DNA of 63,999 nucleotides, the filler included, from Octopus bimaculoides (lineage: Eukaryota): assembly GCF_001194135.2 (NCBI RefSeq). It is 4 parts of 4 records of this genome, joined end to end, with 100 filler letters (N's around TTAATTAATTAA, not from the genome) between each part and the next. Parts side by side here need not be neighbours in the genome. Positions count along the whole stretch, not along the records: positions 25,325 to 56,203 come from NC_068987.1; positions 56,304 to 62,398 come from NW_026363959.1; positions 62,499 to 63,999 come from NW_026366155.1; 1 more part is not named here. One strand, written 5' to 3'. The first letter of the stretch is position 1. Each line of letters opens with the position of its first letter. The position numbers and the translations under genes are program-made. A model generated the notes under the pieces. The model did no database searches. It was not told where the DNA came from and worked only from the letters and a program-made list of their open reading frames with translations. Positions 53,741-63,999 of the stretch are shown here, in pieces.

Positions 53741-54500
53741 ACACACTTAAAGCATACGTACCTTTATATAACAAATGGTTGAGCTTTCCTATTAATTCCA
53801 TTTTTGATTTTACGAGTCCATCTTAATAGATCTAATCTCATACGGACAATCTTTATTACGGAGGAAGTTAATATGTTAAAGTCACTCATGATATTACTGG
53901 TATTGCAGAAGTCTACTGACCAAATTCATAAATACCAACTGGTATATTTCAAATTCGGGAAACTATCAGGTTTCTAAGAATACTGGCGCAATAAATACTG
54001 CGGTTGTTTACCAGCAACTGTATGTTGAGATATTTCCATCACGCCATATTGACAGCTAAACAGTAAAACATTAACGTCTTAGAATTCATTTTATAAATCA
54101 CTGACATATAATTCATTCCATGTATATGTATATGAATACGTGTGTGTGTGAGTGTAGATACATTAACACAGAACAATTTGTCAGATTATACATACAAGAA
54201 AGAAAAATGCTCACAAACGACATATAAATATAGACGATATCCAAACATACACGTACGCACATAGGCATGTACTCATATAGGCAGATACAGAAACACATAG
54301 CATATAGCCACATCTGCACATGTATCCATATTATACTATATATGTTCATTCATATAAATATGTATGTAGCTATCTATCCATACACAGACACCCGCATACA
54401 TACATGTATGCACACATACATACATACATACATACGTTTATGTATATGTATATGTATTACTATACATATATGTATATATACATATATATATGTATATATG

Positions 54501-54545
<45 letters not shown>

Positions 54546-54784
54546 NNNNNNNNNNNNNNNNNNNNNNNNNNNNNNNNNNNNNNNNNNNNNNNNNNNNNNN
54601 NNNNNNNNNNNNNNNNNNNNNNNNNNNNNNNNNNNNNNNNNNNNNNNNNNNNNNNNNNNNNNNNNNNNNNNNNNNNNNNNNNNNNNNNNNNNNNNNNNNN
54701 NNNNNNNNNNNNNNNNNNNNNNNNNNNNNNNNNNNNNNNNNNNNNNNNNNNNNNNNNNNNNNNNNNNNNNNNNNNNNNNNNNNN

Positions 54785-55180
54785 ATTCTTTTATTCTTTT
54801 ACTTGTTTTAGTCATTTGACTACGGCCATGCCGGAGCACGGTCTTTAGTCCAACAAATCGACCACAGGACTTATTAATTGTAAGCCTAGTACTTATTCTC
54901 ATCGGTCTCTATTGCTGAACCGCTAGGTTAGGAGGACGTAAACACACCAACATCGGTTGTCAACCAATGCTGAGGGGGGGGGGGACAAACGCAGACACAC
55001 AAATATACACATATGTATATATACGACGGGCTCCTTTCAGTTTCCATCTATCGAATCCACTCACAGGGCTTTGGTCGGCCCGAGGCTACAGTACAAGACA
55101 CTTGTCCAATGTGCCACGCAGTGGGACTGAACCCAGAATCATGCGGTTGGTAAGGAAGATTCTTACCACACAGCCACGCC
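54785..55180 (-). mobile_element. SINE family A, near full length
   Basis: Aligns with 12096-12500 throughout. Confidence 0.9.
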
Positions 55181-55315
55181 ATATATATATTTACAGAACG
55201 TATATATTTTATAGATGTGCTTTTGTACTTGTATATATTCATCTACAGGCTCATGTATACACACAAACACACACACACACACACTGTACATACATACACA
55301 CACACGCACACACAT

Positions 55316-55348
<33 letters not shown>

Positions 55349-56203
55349 CATACATACATATTTATATATGTATATATTTATATAGCAATACACATGCACA
55401 AAACGCTCGCACACATTTATACAAACATTCACGCACCTACACACATGCAAACCCCGTCCTCGTATATACTTCCACCAAATTATAGACATCCGCATGTTGT
55501 ACATAAATATTCTAAAATCCAGTTTGTCCTATCAGCCGAGAAGCGGTTCCTGAAAGTTCTATCCTCTTCTAATTGACCATTATTGGCAAATCTCCAATCA
55601 AACATCAGCCTTTACTTAGATATGCAGCTACATCTTTGGTCAATATTTCTACTCTTCCTCGTCTCATGCTTTCCTATCTCCAGTCCGTATCAGATTTCCC
55701 CAAATCCTGTTTCTGGATTATAGCTTATAATTTCCCAATAAATTTTGATAACCGTCCGAATTTCTTTGATTAATCCGGAAGAACGGATAAAATAGATCCC
55801 AGCATGTCGTATCATGATTTCCGCAACCGTGGTAGTCATGTGATAATGAAGTCGTCTTATTAAATGAAATTAGTCCAAAGTATTGGCGAACTCACTGTTA
55901 CTGCTGGTTCTTTATCATCCGAGTTCAACTATCATCGATGTCATTTTATGCATATTATCATTTACGACAAAATGAAGTTCCAGTAAAGCAATGGAGTCCA
56001 TGGTATCGACTAACTCACTCGCCTTAAAATGTATGTATGTATGTATATGTGCGTATGTATGTATGTATGTATGTATGTATGTATGTATGTATGTATGTAT
56101 GTACGTATGTATGTATGTATGTATGTATGTATGTATGTATGTATGTATGCATGTATGTATGTATGTATGCATGCATGTATATATATATATATATATATAT
56201 ATA

Positions 56204-56303
56204 NNNNNNNNNNNNNNNNNNNNNNNNNNNNNNNNNNNNNNNNNNNNTTAATTAATTAANNNNNNNNNNNNNNNNNNNNNNNNNNNNNNNNNNNNNNNNN
56301 NNN
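56204..56303. other. Artificial scaffold-joining linker (44 N + TTAATTAATTAA + 44 N)
   Basis: Same 100-bp token as 25225-25324. Confidence 0.95.
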
Positions 56304-57339
56304 ATGATGATGATGATGATGGTTGTGGTGGTGGTGATAATGATGAAGATAACGACGACGTATGCATCTCTGTATATATTCACACACACACACATGTAGT
56401 TCACGCTCTATCTATGCGTGAATCTGCTCTTTTTACTGCACAACATTTGATTGAACGTATGGATCTGCATATTATCGATCACAGGTACAAGAATGTTATT
56501 ATTTAATACATACAGGAAAATAAACATGGGAATATTTTCACCAAAAATAAAGAAAATTTCTATAAATGAATTTTACGTACCCACAATAATCAACTTCGAA
56601 AATTCCTGTCAAGTTTGATAATTCAAGCTCCATCTGCAATAGTTTCATACATGCATATCATATATATATATATAGGAAATTTTAAAAAAGGAAAATACAC
56701 ACACTTTACATAGTTTTAATATAATNNNNNNNNNNNNNNNNNNNNNNNNNNNNNNNNNNNNNNNNNNNNNNNNNNNNNNNNNNNNNNNNNNNNNNNNNNN
56801 NNNNTAAAAAAGGAAAATACACACACTTTACATAGTTTTAATATAATTTTTAATCTATCGACCGGTTTCGCTTTCGCTATTCATGATATTATTGTTTATT
56901 TATTTGAATATGTATTTTCTGAAGAAGAAATTTTTCTCCATGTGATACAAATGAAATTTAAATGCTGAAGCGAAACTAATGATTTCGGTGTGTTGTTCAA
57001 TGGATTACAAATATCTTCGACGCTGTAATTGTTTTTGTTTCAAGACACGATCTGAGATCAAGCCACTGCTATGCAAGTACATCTCCGTAAAAGAATGTAG
57101 TAAAGCGAAAAAGAAAAAAANNNNNNNNNNAAAAAAAGACAATCTACCTGTCTATCTGTCTCTCTGTCAATATATAATATAATGATTGAAGACATGCAGG
57201 ACTGTGTACAGTTTTTTCCTCACCTCATTAAAAAGTCATATTACTTTGAAGAAATTTTAAATGAATAATAATTATGGATTATTTTACTAATTACAGAATA
57301 AACTATACAAGAGTCTTTGTTCAATGCCCATCCCAAAAT

Positions 57340-57377
<38 letters not shown>

Positions 57378-58915
57378 NNNNNNNNNNNNNNNNNNNNNNN
57401 NNNNNNNNNNNNNNNNNNNNNNNNNNNNNNNNNNNNNNNNNNNNNNNNNNNNNNNNNNNNNNNNNNNNNNNNNNNNNNNNNNNNNNNNNNNNNNNNNNNN
57501 NNNNNNNNNNNNNNNNNNNNNNNNNNNNNNNNNNNNNNNNNNNNNNNNNNNNATACGATGAAGATATAAATATAGTTATCAATATAATAACAGAGAAGAT
57601 GTCTGTGTTGAAAGGAAGGAGGGTGAGACTAAATTTACAACTTTCAAACGCATGATTACCATACAATTGCATTTGTTTCTATGTCTTCAGCGAGACTATA
57701 GATTTCAAACAAACCTGGGAAATAAGTAAANNNNNNNNNNNNNNNNNNNNNNNNNNNNNNNNNNNNNNNNNNNNNNNNNNNNNNNNNNNNNNNNNNNNNN
57801 NNNNNNNNNNNNNNNNNNNNNNNNNNNNNNNNNNNNNNNNNNNNNNNNNNNNNNNNNNNNNNNNNNNNNNNNNNNNNNNNNNNNNNNNNNNNNNNNNNNN
57901 NNNNNNNNNNNNNNNNNNNNNNNNNNNNNNNNNNNNNNNNNNNNNNNNNNNNNNNNNNNNNNNNNNNNNNATATATGCATATATATTCAAGCAGTATATT
58001 ATACATAAATGGACATTCACATAAATACATTTGCATGCACATACACAGATATACCGCTCCACAGAATGCAAATTACTAACTCCAGTTCTCTAAACATTCT
58101 TGATTTCNNNNNNNNNNAATTACTAACTCCAGTTCTCTAAACATTCTTGATTTCTTCTGAATATACACAGATTCGCTATTGTTTTCACTGTTGTTGGTCA
58201 TGTGATGAATGCATCAGGAATGAGAACCCTATAAGATCTGAAAATCGATTAAAGCTGTTCATTCCTTTTTCAATCTACGGAAATTAAGTTGAATTTGCCA
58301 TGTTTTTTTTTTATATCTATCACGAATGTTTATATATATATATGCCTATCACTTTACCTATACACCTATATACATNNNNNNNNNNNNNNNNNNNNNNNNN
58401 NNNNNNNNNNNNNNNNNNNNNNNNNNNNNNNNNNNNNNNNNNNNNNNNNNNNNNNNNNNNNNNNNNNNNNNNNNNNNNNNNNNNNNNNNNNNNNNNNNNN
58501 NNNNNNNNNNNNNNNNNNNNNNNNNNNNNNNNNNNNNNNNNNNNNNNNNNNNNNNNNNNNNNNNNNNNNNNNNNNNNNNNNNNNNNNNNNNNNNNNNNNN
58601 NNNNNNNNNNNNNNNNNNNNNNNNNNNNNNNNNNNNNNNNNNNNNNNNNNNNNNNNNNNNNNNNNNNNNNNNNNNNNNNNNNNNNNNNNNNNNNNNNNNN
58701 NNNNNNNNNNNNNNNNNNNNNNNNNNNNNNNNNNNNNNNNNNNNNNNNNNNNNNNNNNNNNNNNNNNNNNNNNNNNNNNNNNNNNNNNNNNNNNNNNNNN
58801 NNNNNNNNNNNNNNNNNNNNNNNNNNNNNNNNNNNNNNNNNNNNNNNNNNNNNNNNNNNNNNNNNNNNTTGTAATAAATCGGGTTTAATTATATCAGAAA
58901 ATAAACAACACTGAC

Positions 58916-59099
58916 CTATGAAATCGTTCTTGTTACATAAGTTTCCGGTGCAACAAGCAACGCAAGAGGTACCACTGGTCCATTTATTGCATGTAAAGGT
59001 ATTGTTTTTCAGAGCTTCAAAACATTTTCGGTATGTGCTGCAGGATTTTTCCAAATTTAGTGTAACGCCTTTCATTGATAATTTGAGGCGACATACAGG
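58916..59099 (-). CDS. Internal coding exon: C-terminal part of a Ly6/uPAR (three-finger) domain of an extracellular protein
   Basis: Acceptor ttttattgttgcAG|, donor ATAG|GTCAGT; 184 nt, phase 0 to phase 1. Peptide PVCRLKLSMKGVTLNLEKSCSTYRKCFEALKNNTFTCNKWTSGTSCVACCTGNLCNKNDFI has 8 Cys, the CxxCCxxxxCN signature and an NNT sequon. Confidence 0.85.
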
Positions 59100-59807
59100 C
59101 TGCAACAATAAAATTATTAATGAAACTTCAAAAGATGACTGCATAAATAATCCCATGTAAAAAATTTATTCTTATTTATTATTTTCAAGTGACATATTAT
59201 AAACCTCTGCAACACTCTATTGTGTAGAAAGGAAACATTTTTTTTATATCCATTTATGAATTTTCTGCCTATATTTTCAAATCTAACGATCTCCGCTATA
59301 ATACTGCTTTGCAATCGTTCAAATAGAAAATCCTACGAGATAAGAATATCTCAAGACCATTAAAACTGTGCGTGAGAGTATGCAGAGATCCTGATCTGGT
59401 AGTTACCACTTCTAATCTTGTAATGTGAGGTCATTAAACAACGGACCTTTCTTCCAATTTGACANNNNNNNNNNNNNNNNNNNNNNNNNNNNNNNNNNNN
59501 NNNNNNNNNNNNNNNNNNNNNNNNNNNNNNNNNNNNNNNNNNNNNNNNNNNNNNNNNNNNNNNNNNNNNNNNNNNNNNNNNNNNNNNNNNNNNNNNNNNN
59601 NNNNNNNNNNCTTCATTTCACGCTGCTCCAGTCTACTCATCTGAAAATAGGATCAGCTTAATGTTGGTCATCCCTCTTTCCTTTCAAATGTACAATCCTT
59701 GTTGTTCTACTGAGTGAAAGATGAGAAGTCCGAGAGGGTGTCTATATATGCTTGCGACTATTTAGTTATCCAGAACAAACAACGAAAGCAAGCATGGTAC
59801 GAATTAC

Positions 59808-59838
59808 CTGGCCATCGTAGCTTTCAGTGACGGCGGTG
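59808..59838 (-). CDS. Possible 3' end of the preceding exon (start hidden in gap)
   Basis: ...ACC GCC GTC ACT GAA AGC TAC GAT GGC CAG|GTAATT (TAVTESYDGQ); the phase-0 donor is compatible with exon 58916-59099. Confidence 0.3.
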
Positions 59839-60231
59839 NNNNNNNNNNNNNNNNNNNNNNNNNNNNNNNNNNNNNNNNNNNNNNNNNNNNNNNNNNNNNN
59901 NNNNNNNNNNNNNNNNNNNNNNNNNNNNNNNNNNNNNNNNNNNNNNNNNNNNNNNNNNNNNNNNNNNNNNNNNNNNNNNNNNNNNNNNNNNNNNNNNNNN
60001 NNNNNNNNNNNNNNNNNNNNNNNNNNNNNNNNNNNNNNNNNNNNNNNNNNNNNNNNNNNNNNNNNNNNNNNNNNNNNNNNNNNNNNNNNNNNNNNNNNNN
60101 NNNNNNNNNNNNNNNNNNNNNNNNNNNNNNNNNNNNNNNNNNNNNNNNNNNNNNNNNNNNNNNNNNNNNNNNNNNNNNNNNNNNNNNNNNNNNNNNNNNN
60201 NNNNNNNNNNNNNNNNNNNNNNNNNNNNNNN

Positions 60232-60268
<37 letters not shown>

Positions 60269-61744
60269 GGAAATAATTACTTCGTAGTGCAAAGCAAAAG
60301 TGTGAGTGTTAGTTTGGGAACCAATACATGTGAAACATATAAACCAAATTATTAATGAAGTCTATAAGTATGTTACGATTTTGGTTTGCAATTGTTTCGG
60401 TTATGTTTCAAATTCCACTAAGAATACTAAGAACGCTATTTGTTGTCCTTGTCTCNNNNNNNNNNNNNNNNNNNNNNNNNNNNNNNNNNNNNNNNNNNNN
60501 NNAATTACTCATATAAAAGGAAATAATTGCAAAGTGGCGATTAAGCTGCTGTATATCGAACTCATAAATCTGTGAACGGCATTTAAATTTCGTAACAGCG
60601 TATTAAGCTATAATCGTTGATTTAAAGAGGCAGTCTCAATATGGTGGCTCAACCTCACTCAAATAGTAGGCACAGAGACTCTTTATTTTCAAGACAGAAA
60701 GGCCACACAATAGCATGTAACCGTCGAAAATCTCAGTCGAATACCGAATAGACACAGCTGGAAGGTCTATGATACCTGAACTGCACAAAGCTCATTTGAA
60801 TGAACAACAGAAAACAATGTTACTTATATGGTCTTATTTCANNNNNNNNNNNNNNNNNNNNNNNNNNNNNNNNNNNNNNNNNNNNNNNNNNNNNNNNNNN
60901 NNNNNNNNNNNNNNNNNNNNNNNNNNNNNNNNNNNNNNNNNNNNNNNNNNNNNNNNNNNNNNNNNNNNNNNNNNNNNNNNNNNNNNNNNNNNNNNNNNNN
61001 NNNNNNNNNNNNNNNNNNNNNNNNNNNNNNNNNNNNNNNNNNNNNNNNNNNNNNNNNNNNNNNNNNNNNNNNNNNNNNNNNNNNNNNNNNNNNNNNNNNN
61101 NNNNNNNNNNNNNNNNNNNNNNNNNNNNNNNNNNNNNNNNNNNNNNNNNNNNNNNNNNNNNNNNNNNNNNNNNNNNNNNNNNNNNNNNNNNNNNNNNNNN
61201 NNNNNNNNNNNNNNNNNNNNNNNNNNNNNNNNNNNNNNNNNNNNNNNNNNNNNNNNNNNNNNNNNNNNNNNNNNNNNNNNNNNNNNNNNNNNNNNNNNNN
61301 NNNNNNNNNNNNNNNNNNNNNNNNNNNNNNNNNNNNNNNNNNNNNNNNNNNNNNNNNNNNNNNNNNNNNNNNNNNNNNNNNNNNNNNNNNNNNNNNNNNN
61401 NNNNNNNNNNNNNNNNNNNNNNNNNNNNNNNNNNNNNNNNNNNNNNNNNNNNNNNNNNNNNNNNNNNNNNNNNNNNNNNNNNNNNNNNNNNNNNNNNNNN
61501 NNNNNNNNNNNNNNNNNNNNNNNNNNNNNNNNNNNNNNNNNNNNNNNNNNNNNNNNNNNNNNNNNNNNNNNNNNNNNNNNNNNNNNNNNNNNNNNNNNNN
61601 NNNNNNNNNNNNNNNNNNNNNNNNNNNNNNNNNNNNNNNNNNNNNNNNNNNNNNNNNNNNNNNNNNNNNNNNNNNNTCCGTCATCAGGGATGGAAAGATA
61701 TTACATCTAAGAACTTAATACAGAGACACACTCACACACACAAG

Positions 61745-62100
61745 CATGTCCTCAGCATCTCGTCCCGAACTTGGATCCAGTATCTGCTCCAGCTTTCACT
61801 GACACATCAGCCCTTTCCTTTTCACCGCCACCAATCTCCCAGCACCTTCTGCGTTTGGGTCTTATACCAACTCCCTATGAACACAGTAACGAGTCCATCC
61901 ACATCGATTATACTGCCCGCCGACTGCCCCATAGCTTCGCAGTGCACCTTAGAGCCATCCGACTCTCCCAAATACTCTAACACCTTTCTGTCCTCGACTT
62001 GGCCTTCAACACCGGTTTTGCCACCTCGTATTTCTAAAGCGAACGGAAGTTCGTTTTCCTTCTCAAAACCTACACACCTATTGATTTAAATTCTCACCCT
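61745..62100 (+). mobile_element. Penelope-like element, decayed GIY-YIG endonuclease region
   Basis: GSSICSS...PFL (CxxC remnant), ESIHIDYTARRLPHSFAVHLRAIRL (cf. YIGxTxRRL..RF.EH), and C-terminal ERKFVFLLKTYTPIDLNS (cf. RE..I..L.T..P.GLN). Confidence 0.7.
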
Positions 62101-62398
62101 CTCATTTTCTAATCTGCATTCCAAATCCCTATCACTAGCTCCACAATTNNNNNNNNNNNNNNNNNNNNNNNNNNNNNNNNNNNATTTCACCAATTTTAAT
62201 TCGTTAATTGATTAGCATGTTAGTCAATTAACTAATTGATATCTTCATTCTTCGTTCAGTTCATGAATCAATCAGTCATGGTCCTTTCGTCAACGACGCA
62301 ACCTCTTCAATCACATCGCATCTCTACTTCAAATGAGATTTAAGTCTGTCTGTCTCTCAATTTTTTTAATTATATATTTATAAAGTTATGTGAGCGGG

Positions 62399-62498
62399 NN
62401 NNNNNNNNNNNNNNNNNNNNNNNNNNNNNNNNNNNNNNNNNNTTAATTAATTAANNNNNNNNNNNNNNNNNNNNNNNNNNNNNNNNNNNNNNNNNNNN
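62399..62498. other. Artificial scaffold-joining linker (44 N + TTAATTAATTAA + 44 N)
   Basis: Same 100-bp token. Confidence 0.95.
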
Positions 62499-62583
62499 GT
62501 CAAACGGTAACGCAGGTGTCCCAAGGCGAGCTCAGCGTGGACGGAAACTACACGTCCAGCAAAAGGGCAAAAGCTCGCTTTGA
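62499..62583 (+). rRNA. 28S: 28S rRNA fragment (domain V region, ~85 bp)
   Basis: gtcaaacggtaacgcaggtgtcccaaggcgagctcagcgtggacggaaactacacgtccagcaaaagggcaaaagctcgctt matches the conserved eukaryotic LSU block GGTAACGCAGGTGTCCTAAGGCGAGCTCAG...GAAAC...AAGGGCAAAAGCTCGCTTGA. Confidence 0.85.
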
Positions 62584-62629
62584 AGAGACGCGCAGCAATC
62601 CGACAGACCGACAACCGATGAGAATCAAT

Positions 62630-63999
62630 AAATATGAACAAATAAATATAAGTAAATATAAAAATAATTAAATATATAATAAATAAATAAATATATAAAT
62701 ATATAAATAAATATATTTATATACAATTAATTATATATATAATTAAATAAATAAATATATAAATAAATAAATTAAAAAATACATGAATATATCAATAAAT
62801 AAATATATATATAAATACATAAATAAATACATAATTAAATAAATATATATATATAAATAAATAAATAAATATATAAATAAATAAAAAAAAAAATATATAT
62901 ATAAATAAGTAAATAAATATATATATCAATAAAAATAAATAAATATATAATTAAATAAATTAATAAATATATATAAATAAACACATAAATATATATAATT
63001 AAATAAATAAATAAATATAAAAATAAATAAATATAAAAATAAATAAATATAAAAATAAATAAATAAATATATATACTTATAAATAAAAAATATATATAAA
63101 GAAACAAAAAATAATTAAATATATATATAAATAAATATATAAATAAATAAATATATATATAAATAAATATATATATATATATTAATAAATATATAAAAAA
63201 ATAAATATATATATATATATTAATAAATATATATATTAATAAATATATATATTAATAAATATATAAATAAATAGATATATATATAAATAAATAAATATAT
63301 ATATGTTAATAAATATATATATAAATAAATATAAATATATATAAAATAAATTCTAAAATAAATATATATATGTAAAAAAATAAATAAATATATAAATAAA
63401 AAATAAATAAATATATATAAATAAAATGATATATAAATATATATATAAATAAAAAAATGAATAAAACAAAAAATATATATAAATATATATATATATAAAT
63501 AAAAAAATAAATATATATAAACAAAAAAATAAATAAATTTATAATTAATAAATAAACAAATATATATATATAAATAAATAAAGAAATATATATATATAAA
63601 TAAATAAATATACATATAAATAAATAAATAATATAAATAAATATATATAAAGAAATATATATATAAATAAAACAATAAATATATATATAAAAAATTAAAT
63701 AAATACATATCAATAGATATACAAATAAATAAATAAATATATATAAATAAATAAATATATACATAAATAAATATATAAATAAAAAATAAACAAATAAATA
63801 TATAAATAAATATATATGTAAATAAATAAATATATATATAATTAAAATATATATATATATATATAAATAAAAAAATAAATATATATATAGATAAAAACAT
63901 AAATTAAATAAATAATTAAATATATATAAATAAATACATAAATATATATATAAGCAATTAATTATATATATAAATAAATAAATAAATATATTAAAAAAA
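62630..63999. repeat. Extreme AT low-complexity tract, degenerate (TA)n/(AAAT)n
   Basis: Almost only A and T, A-rich on the plus strand; gives spurious I/Y/F ORFs. Confidence 0.95.

Noticed and set aside
53960-54075. 44-nt minus-strand micro-exon candidate (tttactgtttAG...GCTG|GTAAAC)
   Set aside because: Splice-like signals only; no homology or partner exons.
4148-55180. Minus-strand bias of SINE family A copies (about 8 vs 3)
   Set aside because: Small sample spanning independently joined scaffolds; not evidence of transcription direction.
55622-55723. Short ORF MQLHLWSIFLLFLVSCFPISS...
   Set aside because: 33 aa with no donor or mature-peptide motif; hydrophobic runs are common by chance in T-rich DNA.
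58017-58097. Minus-strand MFRELELVICILWSGISVYVHA, signal-peptide-like
   Set aside because: Only 26 codons, weak donors, not phase-compatible with the next acceptor, and partly microsatellite-derived.
62447-62641. ORF containing VHAELALGHLRYRL
   Set aside because: Antisense translation of the 28S rRNA fragment.

Overview
Gappy, AT-rich animal genomic DNA from a coleoid cephalopod, most likely Octopus (inferred from its tRNA-derived SINE families). About 9 kb (~14%) is N. Three identical 100-bp linkers (44 N + TTAATTAATTAA + 44 N) show the window is four joined scaffolds: 1-25224, 25325-56203, 56304-62398 and 62499-63999. Most of the sequence is microsatellites and transposon debris. This includes four SINE families, RTE and R4/Dong LINE fragments, Penelope-like remnants (one with a minimal hammerhead-ribozyme motif), a DD37D (maT) mariner, hAT-, Harbinger-, Kolobok- and mariner-type MITEs, a Helentron-type HINE, a long foldback element and a probable solo LTR. 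No complete gene is present. The one convincing host coding exon is on the minus strand at 58916-59099 and encodes the C-terminal part of a Ly6/uPAR (three-finger) domain. An exon-like segment at 13641-14001 holds a decayed 21-bp coding repeat (heptad T-x-V-L-S/N-E-C/S). An ~85-bp 28S rRNA fragment starts the last scaffold. Nearly all listed ORFs are artefacts of microsatellites, gaps or SINEs. All family assignments come from motifs recognised by eye, not from database searches.
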